The position numbers were made by a program, and so were the translations under genes. Below are positions 9,036 to 18,617 of a stretch of DNA of 64,000 nucleotides, one piece after another. This stretch comes from Candidatus Delongbacteria bacterium. Its GTDB lineage: Bacteria > CAIWAD01. The stretch is from assembly GCA_963663545.1 (NCBI GenBank), contig OY760505.1, positions 2,773,664 to 2,837,663 on the forward strand, written 5' to 3'. Each line of letters starts with the position of its first letter. Position 1 is the first letter of the stretch. Under the pieces are notes generated by a model. The model worked only from the letters and a program-made list of their open reading frames with translations. It was not told where the DNA came from and did no database searches.

Positions 9036-10643
9036 GTGACATACCTCATCGTTGGCCTGGTCGCCTTGTTCCTCACCATGACTCTAACACCGTTGTTGCA
9101 GCGTCTCGCTCTGCACATCGGCGCGGTGGACGAACCCGACGGCAAGCGCAAAGTGCACAGTATCCCGATTCCGCGCATCGGTGGCGTGCTGATTCTCTTT
9201 TCCTTCATGCTTTCCTGCCTGCTCTTTCTGCCCGCAACCAATGAAATGCGTGCGATCCTCGCCGGCAGCCTGATGATCGCTGGTCTGGGCTTGACCGACG
9301 ATCTGATAGGCGTAAGGGCCTGGCTAAAATTCCTTATTCAGTGGGTCGTGGCGGGCATTTATCTGGCTGTTTCCCAACCCGAGTTGACCCTCTTCGGCGC
9401 GGAGCTCCCGATCTGGATAAACCAGCCTGTGGCGGCCTTTTTCCTGGTTGCGCTGATGAATGCCTTCAATCTGCAGGACGGATTGGATGGCCTGGCCGCA
9501 GGGTTGTCGATTATCGCCGCCATGTCCATCGGTGTCATTCTGACTTTTTCCGGCAATCCGCAAATCACGCTGACTCTGGTGGCGCTCTCGGGAGCCATTC
9601 TTGGCTTTCTGCGCGTCAACACCTGGCCAGCACGCATTTTCATGGGCGACACCGGCTCCTATCTGCTCGGCTTTGTGCTGGGTGCGTGCTTTCTGGAGGG
9701 CGTGGAACACGACAGTCTGCCCTTATGGACCGGCTTGCTCTTCTTCGCCATTCCGCTGTTTGACACGTTCCAGGTCATGGTCACGCGGTTGGTGAAGGGA
9801 CAGGGGATTTTCACTGCGGACAAGCGCCACCTGCACCACCGCCTGCTGGCCCGGGGGTACAAGCACGAACAGGTCGTTTTCATCGAATACATCCTTGCTT
9901 CCTTGCTGGCGCTGATTCCGCTGCTAACGGTTTCGCCTTTGCGTCTGCGTTGGTTCGGTTTGATCCTGATCGTGCTGGTGCTGATGGTTTTCCTGTTTCA
10001 GTACAACCTGTCTGAAGACAAGGAGGGCATCATTCGGCCACGTGTCGCCCACCGCGATGGCTATCGCAAACGAATCAAGCTGGCCATACAAGTGCTGCTT
10101 CTGTTGGCGGTTCTGGGCGTATACCTGATTCAGCTGTTTGCCGTGCGCGGGGTCACGCTCAAGTACGGACTCCTGCCAGCTTCTTTGGCCGTGTTGTACG
10201 CCTTGTGGTCGACGTGGCGACTGCACATGGCGCAACGCTCGCGTATTAGCTTTTCCATCAGTCTGGTTGTGGCCGCGCAGTTGTTCATTTTCCATCAGTT
10301 CAGCAACCAGCTTTCGCCCGTGTTGCAGAACCTGCACGAGTATCTGTGGATCGCCACGGGCGGACTCAGTGCGCTGGTGTACGCAATCCGCTGGCGCCAT
10401 CACACTCTGCTCAGCAACCCGGTGGAGTACTTCCTGATCTTCTGCACCATTCTGGTCTTCTACCTGCCGGTGGAAGTCAAGGGAGGCTTTCGCACCGACT
10501 ATCTGGCGCTTGAAATGCTGTCGTTCTACGCGTTCTACCGCGTTTCCGTGGGATTATTCGACTTGGAGAAGAACTACCGACTGCCCTTGCTTGCAGCCAC
10601 CATGCTTGCCTTGCTTGTTAGCGTGGGGATGCTGCGTGTTTAG
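9036..10643 (+). CDS. WecA/MraY-family polyprenyl-phosphate HexNAc-1-phosphate transferase with extended C-terminal membrane domain
   Basis: 535-aa polytopic membrane protein; N-terminal region ...GKRKVHSIPIPRIGGVLILFSF... typical of this family; GTG start. Confidence 0.7.
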   Translation: MTYLIVGLVALFLTMTLTPLLQRLALHIGAVDEPDGKRKVHSIPIPRIGGVLILFSFMLSCLLFLPATNEMRAILAGSLMIAGLGLTDDLIGVRAWLKFLIQWVVAGIYLAVSQPELTLFGAELPIWINQPVAAFFLVALMNAFNLQDGLDGLAAGLSIIAAMSIGVILTFSGNPQITLTLVALSGAILGFLRVNTWPARIFMGDTGSYLLGFVLGACFLEGVEHDSLPLWTGLLFFAIPLFDTFQVMVTRLVKGQGIFTADKRHLHHRLLARGYKHEQVVFIEYILASLLALIPLLTVSPLRLRWFGLILIVLVLMVFLFQYNLSEDKEGIIRPRVAHRDGYRKRIKLAIQVLLLLAVLGVYLIQLFAVRGVTLKYGLLPASLAVLYALWSTWRLHMAQRSRISFSISLVVAAQLFIFHQFSNQLSPVLQNLHEYLWIATGGLSALVYAIRWRHHTLLSNPVEYFLIFCTILVFYLPVEVKGGFRTDYLALEMLSFYAFYRVSVGLFDLEKNYRLPLLAATMLALLVSVGMLRV

Positions 10644-12111
10644 GGTTTTCTCGCCTGCAGGCTGTTTGCTGCTCTGTCTGCTATCAGCGGGCATCGCGAG
10701 CGCAACCTTTCGACCGGACCGCTTGGATCCACGCTTTGCCGCCTATAAACTCAACGCGTGGCAACACTACGATCTGCGCGGCGCCGAAAGTGCGTCGGTG
10801 AAACCCTGGGCGGTTGAGCCACAACTTCGCTGGACGAACGAAGGGAGCGATGCCGTCCTTACTGGAAGCCTGCAGCTGGACACGGGGTTCAGCGCCGATT
10901 TCCAACTCGTGGGCACTAGCCGTGATGATGGCATGCTGTGGTTGGGAAGCACCAAAGAGCGTGACACATGGACCGGGCGTCTGCAGCGCGGGCTGATCCG
11001 GTACCGCAGCCAGCACTTCACGTTGCGCATGGGGCGAGATTATCTGAGCCGCGAAACGGGCAGCATCAGCGAACTGGGACTTTCGCGAGAGCAATCCGGG
11101 GCCGATTTCCTGGAATATGTGCTTTCCACCACTTCGGGCAATCTGCAGCTGCAAGTGAGCGCTGCCAAGTTGCACGCCATCGATCGGCCTTCGTCCTTTC
11201 AGCGCTGGCTGGGAGTTCACCGCCTGGAATGGCGTCCCGGCGCCGGGCGCAATCGCTTTGCCCTGGGGGATTACATCTTGTACACGGGGCAGAATCGCGG
11301 CTTTGACTTGGCGTACTTCAATCCTTTCAATCCCTTCTTTTCGCTGAATTTCGAAGGCTATACCTGGAAGGAAGAAGTACCCGACAGTTCTGCGACTACA
11401 CACGCCGACTTCGACAACAACATGCTTTTCGCCGAATTCGAGCTGTGGTGGCCGGCGGATCCTGGGCGAGTACAGCGGCACGAATTCAGAAGCTATGGTG
11501 AGTTGCTCGTGGATGAATTCCAGATCGACGAAGAGGATGCCGCGGTCATGGACAATGTCTGGGGCGCGACCCTGGGCTTTGAGCATCGGCTGCACAATCT
11601 TGCCTACGCCAGAAGCTTGCGCACTCAAGTGGAAGTCAGCTATTGTTCGCACTGGCTTTACAACCACCCAGGCTGGGAGACCGACTGGTTCAACCGCGGA
11701 CGCCCGCTGGGGAATCAGGAAGGCGCCGATTGCCTTGAGTATCATGTCTGCCTGCAGTGGTGGCCACGAGCGGAAGCTCCCTTTCTTGGCCCGAACAGCT
11801 ACCTCGAACTCGCTCTTAGCTATTTGCGAAAGGGAAATTTGGAGGTGGGCGATCCCTGGTTGCCGGACGCGACCACCGACGAGGGCTTGTTGACGGGGCC
11901 GGAGAGCGGCTCGCTGGACCTCAGCCTTCGCCTGCAGCATCAGGTTTTCTGCTGCAAGGGTGAGGGGCTGCGTCGATCTTTGCTTCCTGCCGTGATGTGG
12001 TGGCTGGAACCCAGCCAGAGTTGGACGCGGGCGGCAGGCGGCGATCGTTGGGAGGATCGCTCAGAGCTTAGCTGCGGAATCATGCTCCAGTGGGAGATTT
12101 ATGCCAACTGA
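10636..12111 (+). CDS. secreted hypothetical protein, possibly outer-membrane (capsule-assembly Wzi-like?)
   Basis: ORF trimmed to GTG 10636, giving signal-peptide-like N-terminus FRVFSPAGCLLLCLLSAGIASA; aromatic-rich; family assignment speculative. Confidence 0.35.
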   Translation: MFRVFSPAGCLLLCLLSAGIASATFRPDRLDPRFAAYKLNAWQHYDLRGAESASVKPWAVEPQLRWTNEGSDAVLTGSLQLDTGFSADFQLVGTSRDDGMLWLGSTKERDTWTGRLQRGLIRYRSQHFTLRMGRDYLSRETGSISELGLSREQSGADFLEYVLSTTSGNLQLQVSAAKLHAIDRPSSFQRWLGVHRLEWRPGAGRNRFALGDYILYTGQNRGFDLAYFNPFNPFFSLNFEGYTWKEEVPDSSATTHADFDNNMLFAEFELWWPADPGRVQRHEFRSYGELLVDEFQIDEEDAAVMDNVWGATLGFEHRLHNLAYARSLRTQVEVSYCSHWLYNHPGWETDWFNRGRPLGNQEGADCLEYHVCLQWWPRAEAPFLGPNSYLELALSYLRKGNLEVGDPWLPDATTDEGLLTGPESGSLDLSLRLQHQVFCCKGEGLRRSLLPAVMWWLEPSQSWTRAAGGDRWEDRSELSCGIMLQWEIYAN

Positions 12112-13663
12112 CCTAATGGTTGCCTCTCTGAATCGAGTCGGCTTGCGCTTCGATACACGACTGAAGAACGGACTTCTCTTCCTGCTGGCCTTTCTGCTGT
12201 GTCTGCTGGGGGATGCGCCCTCGAACAATCCGATTTACTATTCCATTGGTGTTGGCGGCCTGCTTGTCTGCTACATATTGATCGTTGTGCTACCCCTTCG
12301 CATGGCGGTTCCTTTGCTTTTGATGCTTGCCCTTACCGGGCGCGATATCTTTACCACATCGCTCTACCAGGAAACGGTTATCAGCTGCGCGTCCATTTGG
12401 CAGATGCGCTTTGGCTTCATTCGTCCTTCCTGGGTCACTTTCGCACTGATTCTGGTACAACTCATCAAGTTGCGCGTTCTGTATATAAGCAAGCCAGTAA
12501 AGCTGTTGTTGTTATGGTTTGCGACGGTTCCTGTCGTCACAGGCTGGCTCTACGGTGGCTTTGAGGGGTATGGTGCCATGACTGAGGTCATCATCGACCT
12601 GAAGTTCGGGCTTATGCTGCTGGCAAGTCTGGTGCTGTTTAGTACTTACTTCAGGCGCCTTCCGCTCCAATTCAATTCGCTACTGATCGCGTTCTATCAG
12701 GCTTTGTTAGCGCGTCTCACCGTGAATGCCATCTACTTCCTGTTCGATTATGGTCCCTTGCTTGGGTCGGCCAATCGCGTGAGTCTGGATTCAGCAAAGG
12801 GCGTAGTCCTGTTACTGCTATTTGTAGCCATCATCTTGCTGAGTATGCGCAGGAGGGTGTTGTCCTCGACGCTCATTGGAATCGTTTCCATCATTCTGCT
12901 GATTGCCTATAACACGCGCATGTTATGGCTCGACTGTATCCTGGGATTGATCATTCTGATGGCGCTGTTGAGAAAGCGGCAAGTCGTGGTCGTGGCGCTG
13001 GGCTCTGTGGTGGTCGGTATTCTTGGCGCCTTTCTTTTGCAGGTTTACCGACCTCAAACAATGGAAACTGTCGTTGCCCGTTCACGCACTTTGCTCGGAC
13101 AACGATTGCAGCATAATTACTCAGTCCAGATGCAAGCCAATTATCTGGGAGCCGTCGATCCTGTGCGTTATGCCGAAGTGGTCAATATTTTTGACACGAG
13201 TTGGCGACGCGGAAGCCTGCTGCTTGGGAATGGTTACGGTGGATTTTTCGAAGATGCAATGATTCCTTTCCCGCAATCCCTGCGAAGCAGCTATCCGAAG
13301 AAAAGCTTCCAACTTGGCAAGTTCTATCAGCCACACAGTTACATCATGCGTGTGTTACACAAGCATGGAATTGTCGGATTGATTCTGATCTCAAGCCTCT
13401 GGGGAGTCCCGTTCTTTCGTATTGCAAAGTGGATAAGAAGGATACGTAGCCAGGCTTTACCGATCGTGAATACATGGTTTTTCTCGCTGATGACAGGTAT
13501 CACGGCTTTTCTGTCTACGGGGATCTTGTCGCTGTATTGGTCGGGAAAAGGCCTGATGATCAATGGCTTGCTCATTGCAGCTTGTGTATTCTACGTGATG
13601 AAGCTCGAAGGGGAGTATTCCTCATTAGCGCAAGTGGATGTATCACGGGTTAATGAAGAATGA
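12101..13663 (+). CDS. O-antigen ligase / polymerase-like (Wzy-type) polytopic membrane protein
   Basis: 520-aa ORF with many predicted TM helices in a polysaccharide locus. Confidence 0.45.
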   Translation: MPTDLMVASLNRVGLRFDTRLKNGLLFLLAFLLCLLGDAPSNNPIYYSIGVGGLLVCYILIVVLPLRMAVPLLLMLALTGRDIFTTSLYQETVISCASIWQMRFGFIRPSWVTFALILVQLIKLRVLYISKPVKLLLLWFATVPVVTGWLYGGFEGYGAMTEVIIDLKFGLMLLASLVLFSTYFRRLPLQFNSLLIAFYQALLARLTVNAIYFLFDYGPLLGSANRVSLDSAKGVVLLLLFVAIILLSMRRRVLSSTLIGIVSIILLIAYNTRMLWLDCILGLIILMALLRKRQVVVVALGSVVVGILGAFLLQVYRPQTMETVVARSRTLLGQRLQHNYSVQMQANYLGAVDPVRYAEVVNIFDTSWRRGSLLLGNGYGGFFEDAMIPFPQSLRSSYPKKSFQLGKFYQPHSYIMRVLHKHGIVGLILISSLWGVPFFRIAKWIRRIRSQALPIVNTWFFSLMTGITAFLSTGILSLYWSGKGLMINGLLIAACVFYVMKLEGEYSSLAQVDVSRVNEE

Positions 13664-14859
13664 AACTGCCAGTGCCATTGCCGCTTCAGGAAGCCTTTTC
13701 GCAAGCGCTTCAGAGCCATGATCTTCTTCGCTGTACTCGTGTACTTCGTCAGCAAGCGTGGCTGCTTCTGGGTTCTTACCTGAATGGAGGCATTGGACCT
13801 GCCGGTTTGTTGTTTCCTTTGCTTAGTGGTCATTCCAGAAGCCTTAGGCAGCAGGCAGGGGATTTCTGCAGCAATTGGCTACAGCTGCAAACCGTGATGC
13901 AGACTGGGTTTGGTTTCAATGCGAAGATGCAACTTCCGGAGCTTCTTGTTCAGCATTATGCAGTTGTATCACGGTTACCCGAAGAGACATCCGCAACTCA
14001 GCACTTGCTGGTGACCCGTGACAGGGAATTGTATCACACGGAGCGAGTTCCCCGCAGTTTTCTACGTGGGAATGAGCCGTTGAATTCGCTGCTGCATTCC
14101 TTCTGGGTTCATGGCTCCAGTGCAGAAGGGGAATACCGCGAAGGGTGGTCCGACATCGACACGCTGGCGATTGTGTCTCGTGATACACTAGTGTCACCCT
14201 CCTCGCTGAAAAAGCTACGCGTGCATTTGTTGCTGATGAAGGCTGCCATGCTGAAGCAGCATCCTATTCAACTTCATGGCCATTTTGTGCTGGCGGAACC
14301 CGATCTGGCGCAGCTCCCTTTGGCGTTTTTCCCGCCGGTATTGTTGCATCGAGCGCGACTCCTGCCTGGTTATCAGGGCGATCCGTTTGTGATTCAAAGC
14401 TATATAGATCGCGATCTCGCGCTAGGCATGCTTTGGTATCACGGAGTCCGTGATCTTCTGCAACACGAGAAGCGACCTCCCGAGACCAACATGCGACGAG
14501 TCGCCTTCTTGCACAGAGTCTATTTGTTGCCTTGTATGATTTTGCAGGCGAGGTCTCTAGCCGTGCACAAGGCCGATCTGTACGCAGCGTTGGCGCGCTA
14601 TTTCGACGCAGAGGACCGAGCCTTCTTGATGCGCGTCAGCGAGATCTGGCAGGAGTGGAAACCGGCAATGCAAGCGCGCCCTTGGTGGGCATCGCTGGTT
14701 GGAGCGAATCCGGTGTTGGCACAACGTACCCTGCGTGGGTGGGTGAATTCAAATGTCAGCTATCCAGCGTTTGAGCGCCGGGACTGGGCGGCGTTAACGG
14801 CAGAAGCTTCACGCTTTGCGCAGAAGCATTGGTTGGAGGAGTGGAACTCCCGTGACTAG
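13660..14859 (+). CDS. nucleotidyltransferase-fold protein (hypothetical)
   Basis: 399-aa ORF with Pol-beta-type NTase signature HGSSAEGEYREGWSDIDTLAIV; ATGA overlap with upstream stop. Confidence 0.45.
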   Translation: MKLPVPLPLQEAFSQALQSHDLLRCTRVLRQQAWLLLGSYLNGGIGPAGLLFPLLSGHSRSLRQQAGDFCSNWLQLQTVMQTGFGFNAKMQLPELLVQHYAVVSRLPEETSATQHLLVTRDRELYHTERVPRSFLRGNEPLNSLLHSFWVHGSSAEGEYREGWSDIDTLAIVSRDTLVSPSSLKKLRVHLLLMKAAMLKQHPIQLHGHFVLAEPDLAQLPLAFFPPVLLHRARLLPGYQGDPFVIQSYIDRDLALGMLWYHGVRDLLQHEKRPPETNMRRVAFLHRVYLLPCMILQARSLAVHKADLYAALARYFDAEDRAFLMRVSEIWQEWKPAMQARPWWASLVGANPVLAQRTLRGWVNSNVSYPAFERRDWAALTAEASRFAQKHWLEEWNSRD

Positions 14860-16249
14860 GCAGGAATCCGTTCGACGCGGTGTCGCCGTAACCACCGGTC
14901 TGGCTGTCGTCGGCCGTGGTGTTGGAGTGCTTGCCGGTCTGCTGATGCTTCGCGTGCTTACGGCCAGTGAACTGGGCGTGTTCATGGGAGTTCAGGCCAT
15001 TGCCATGGCTGGTTGCGGCCTTTGCGATTTAGGTCTGAGCTTTGGCTTTCGCCAACAGGTTTCGCGTCAGCCAGAGCTTCGCTCAAGCCTGTTTGTGCCT
15101 GTAGCCCTTACACAGGCCAGCTTGCTGTTTCTCTACTTGATCAGCATCAGCATCTACATGGCTTACAAGGATTTGGGCGGACTGATTCCCCTTCTGATCG
15201 CCGCCAATGCGCTTGTTTTGCAGTGGGCGCGGATTTTTGTGATCGACCTTCAGATTCGTAAGCAATTTAGTCGCGCGGGATTGCTCAATCTCGTGCCGAT
15301 TCTGGGGCTTAGCCTTGGATTGCTGATCTCATTACCCTTCAGCCACGCCCTTCCACCTTTGGTAATCGTACAGACCTTTTCGGTTGTGGTGGTGCTCTTG
15401 TTTGGGCTACGGGGCAGCTGGAGTTCCGCGCTGCAAGTGCGTCCTGGTGCTGAGTTGGCCAAACTGCGCAAGATCAGCTTTCCTTTCTTCGTTTCCATTG
15501 TGATCAGCCGGCTGGGGGAGTATTTCGGTCTCTCCTGGGTGATGGGTATGCTTGGTTCAGTTTCCGTAGGTATGCTCGGTGTGCCGACCAAAATCTATCA
15601 AACGGCCTTGTTCTTCAATGCAAACGCCACTGGCGTGACCATTCCCCATTTTCACAGTCTGGCGCATGCGGGTGATACAAAGCGACTGGGGAAGGATTTT
15701 GGCCGTCTGCTGATGCTCATGTGCTTTCTGGGTGGAAGCGTGGCTGGCATTTTCTATTTCGCTTCCGAGCCCTTAGTACTGCTGGTAGCTGGTAGTCAGT
15801 ACACGGAGTCAATTGTGTTGATGCCGCTCTTTGGCTTTGCCGTGTTTGCCAAGATGCTAGCTGTACCCGCAGGCAATTTGCTGGAAAGTAGAAACCGGCA
15901 GTGGCTGAGGGTAGTGGGACAGGCGGTCTCGACCGCCATCATTGTCGTGGGCACCATCCTTCTGCTGCCCAACCATGGTATCTGGGTTGTCGCGCTGGTG
16001 CGCTTGCTAGCCGATTTCTGGCTCTTGCTCTGGAACTGGTCCTGTAACCTCCCCGGAATGCTGCGGGAAATGCCGAACGGGAAAGCTCTACTTGCCTTGT
16101 GTTGGTTTTTGCTGAGCCTTGTCCTAGCGCGCTGGCTACCTGTAGTTCCGCTGTTGCAAGCCGCCGCCTTTACGGTAGCCTTTCTTGGTGGAATGCTTGG
16201 CTTCCGTTTGATTAGGATTGGAGATCTGAAGGGAGCGATTCGCCAGTGA
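14852..16249 (+). CDS. polysaccharide biosynthesis flippase (Wzx/MOP family)
   Basis: Polytopic membrane protein; start placed at GTG 14852 with ggagga upstream; track start 14816 is the alternative. Confidence 0.6.
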   Translation: MTRQESVRRGVAVTTGLAVVGRGVGVLAGLLMLRVLTASELGVFMGVQAIAMAGCGLCDLGLSFGFRQQVSRQPELRSSLFVPVALTQASLLFLYLISISIYMAYKDLGGLIPLLIAANALVLQWARIFVIDLQIRKQFSRAGLLNLVPILGLSLGLLISLPFSHALPPLVIVQTFSVVVVLLFGLRGSWSSALQVRPGAELAKLRKISFPFFVSIVISRLGEYFGLSWVMGMLGSVSVGMLGVPTKIYQTALFFNANATGVTIPHFHSLAHAGDTKRLGKDFGRLLMLMCFLGGSVAGIFYFASEPLVLLVAGSQYTESIVLMPLFGFAVFAKMLAVPAGNLLESRNRQWLRVVGQAVSTAIIVVGTILLLPNHGIWVVALVRLLADFWLLLWNWSCNLPGMLREMPNGKALLALCWFLLSLVLARWLPVVPLLQAAAFTVAFLGGMLGFRLIRIGDLKGAIRQ

Positions 16250-17418
16250 GTATGTGGAAGAATGATCTGCAACGACGATCCATCGAGGATTATCATCGTT
16301 TGCGGGATCGTCAGTTTGCCTTTTTCGAGCAGCAGGACGGTGTTCTTGGTTATGGAACCTTTGGAAGCATAGGTGCGCCTGGTTTATCCGATTTGGATCT
16401 GGCGGTTGTGGTAGACGACCCTCAACTGCAGAAGCGGCGTTTTCGATTGGCCGCCCCAGCGGAGATTGACTCCTACTTGATGACTCACGCCCCTTTGGTA
16501 CTTCCGCGATCGCTACTGCCGCAATTGGCTCTGTATCACCCGGTGCAGATCGAATGGGCCTGGACTAAAGAAACGCTGGAAGTACCTGAGTGTACTGCAA
16601 AGCTGACTGGACTGCATCTTCTGCGCAAAACCTGCCATCTCATGTTTCATTTGCACCTGCTAAACAAAGTGGCAAGTACTCGCAAGGCAATCATGTCACT
16701 GACTTCCTTGTTGCGATCTGTGGAGATCGCGCAACGAATCGGTCTGCATGTATCACAGGAAGCGCAGGAGTATGCCCAATCCGTATTATCACTGCGGGAT
16801 TCGTGGACAGAAGGCGCAAAAGGCGGCGACGAGCTCAGCTGTGCTTTCCCCGCGTTGATTGCACAGGCTCGCATTCAAGCACCCATCTTGCTGGAAGAGA
16901 TCTCGCTACAGCTATTCGGTGAGGAGTTCGGAAGTAGATCAGAACCGGGTGTGAGGCTTCAACTGACGCCGCTAAAACTCTTGCATTGTGTCGATGCCAA
17001 GCTGTTGCGAGAAGCCGCCTCCCGTGCTGACGATTCCCCCTCTCAGGCACAAGAACACGCCATTCTGCGTTTGATGTCGGCACGTCACATCGCAGTCGGG
17101 CCGACGGCCTGGGCATTCTTCAAGTTGCTGGCTTCGTTGGAAACGGCTAAGGGAGATAAACGTTGGCCGCGTCTATGTGCTATGAGCTCACACGAAGAGA
17201 TTTGTGATACGCTCGGCAATGAGATGTTTGATCTCTTGAGCCGGATGTTTGCGGCCAACCGAAGTTATGCCCGCTGTTTGTATCACGCTGGTTTACCGCA
17301 AGCCTATTTCGGTAGCTATTGGCGTTTGCCGCTCAAGCAAAGCCTTTTGTTCTGTGCGCTAGCCCATTTGCAGAGACTTGTCTCACGACAGCGCGACCCG
17401 AATCAGTCTGGAGTATGA
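16246..17418 (+). CDS. nucleotidyltransferase-fold protein (hypothetical), paralog-like to 13660..14859
   Basis: 390-aa ORF with GYGTFGSIGAPGLSDLDLAVVV signature; GTGA overlap with Wzx stop. Confidence 0.45.
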   Translation: MSMWKNDLQRRSIEDYHRLRDRQFAFFEQQDGVLGYGTFGSIGAPGLSDLDLAVVVDDPQLQKRRFRLAAPAEIDSYLMTHAPLVLPRSLLPQLALYHPVQIEWAWTKETLEVPECTAKLTGLHLLRKTCHLMFHLHLLNKVASTRKAIMSLTSLLRSVEIAQRIGLHVSQEAQEYAQSVLSLRDSWTEGAKGGDELSCAFPALIAQARIQAPILLEEISLQLFGEEFGSRSEPGVRLQLTPLKLLHCVDAKLLREAASRADDSPSQAQEHAILRLMSARHIAVGPTAWAFFKLLASLETAKGDKRWPRLCAMSSHEEICDTLGNEMFDLLSRMFAANRSYARCLYHAGLPQAYFGSYWRLPLKQSLLFCALAHLQRLVSRQRDPNQSGV

Positions 17419-18569
17419 GCATGAAGCAGAGCAGAGCCAAACTGAAGCTTCCTGTGTGCATCGTTAGCGGTTCCTATCCCCCCATGCGGGATGGCGTTGG
17501 TGATCATACGAGAATGCTGGCCCGGAGTTTTGCTCAGCTTTGCGGAAAGCGTGCCCATGTGCTCACCAGCGTTGAGGCTGCAAGCGACGATGAAGTAGCG
17601 CATGTGCAACCTCTGTGCGCTGGTTGGGGACTTTCTCAGATTCTTCGCGTGATACGTTACTTGCGCGGGCTTCGCGCAGGCACGGTAGTGATCCAGGCGC
17701 AGAGTAACGGCTATGGCATTGATACGGGTGTCCTTTTTCTTCCTTTTCTGCTGCGTCTTGCAATGCCGCGCGTGAAGATGGGAATTGTCATACACGAGTA
17801 CATCAGCTGCTCTTGGAAGGGGCGCTTCAGGGTACTCATGGCCTTGCCCTTTGCAAACCAGGCCTTCGCTGTCAGTCAGCAGTATTTGCCGTTGCTGCAT
17901 CGTGCCTTACCCTGGATGAAAGAACGCATCCACTACGTTCCCATTGCCAGCAATATGACACCGGTTCCGGTCAGCAAGGAGCGAGTGAATAGGTTGCGGA
18001 CTGAATTGGGTGTGGCGCAGGAGGACCTTTGCCTGGTTTTCTTTGGAGTGCTGCGTAGACGTAAAGGCTTGGATCAACTGCTTGAGGCCTTCGCTGGGGT
18101 CCTGCAACGACAACCCCATGCGCGACTACTGCTTGTCGGCCATTCTCGCGAGGACTGGTTCGATGCCGAGTTCGGACCGCTGCTGAAGCAGAGTGCCATG
18201 CGGGATCGCATTACGCTGACAGGACGCGTAGATGATGAGACATTGAGTGCTGTGTTATCCATGTGCATTCTTGGCGTGCTGCCTTTTGTCGACGGCCTAA
18301 GCACCCGACGCGGGAGTTTTCTAGCTCTGTTGGCGCACGGACTTGTGACCGTCACCACACGCCCACAGCATCCAATTCCCCAGTTTGAAGATGGTGTCAC
18401 ACTACGGTACGTAGATCCAGGTGATACACAAGGGTTGGTGGATGCCGTCTGCGAGCTGCTTGAGAACAGCGAGTTACGTGAAGCCATTGCGCGTAGACTG
18501 CCTGAGGCTGCCCGGCATTTCGATTGGGAGACCATTGCCAGCAGGATGCTGTCGCTGTTAGGGGACTAA
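17415..18569 (+). CDS. glycosyltransferase family 4 (GT1 superfamily)
   Basis: Start at ATG 17415 (ATGA overlap with upstream stop); C-terminal half ...VFFGVLRRRKGLDQLLEAF...LLLVGHS... typical of GT4. Confidence 0.7.
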   Translation: MSMKQSRAKLKLPVCIVSGSYPPMRDGVGDHTRMLARSFAQLCGKRAHVLTSVEAASDDEVAHVQPLCAGWGLSQILRVIRYLRGLRAGTVVIQAQSNGYGIDTGVLFLPFLLRLAMPRVKMGIVIHEYISCSWKGRFRVLMALPFANQAFAVSQQYLPLLHRALPWMKERIHYVPIASNMTPVPVSKERVNRLRTELGVAQEDLCLVFFGVLRRRKGLDQLLEAFAGVLQRQPHARLLLVGHSREDWFDAEFGPLLKQSAMRDRITLTGRVDDETLSAVLSMCILGVLPFVDGLSTRRGSFLALLAHGLVTVTTRPQHPIPQFEDGVTLRYVDPGDTQGLVDAVCELLENSELREAIARRLPEAARHFDWETIASRMLSLLGD

Positions 18570-18617
18570 GCGATATCCTGCATCCGTAGGCTGAATCTGA
18601 GACGAAGGGGGTTGCCG

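Noticed and set aside
10684-11940. 418-aa minus-strand ORF antisense to the Wzi-like gene
   Set aside because: Low-complexity translation without recognisable motifs; the plus-strand ORF has a signal peptide and fits the operon orientation.
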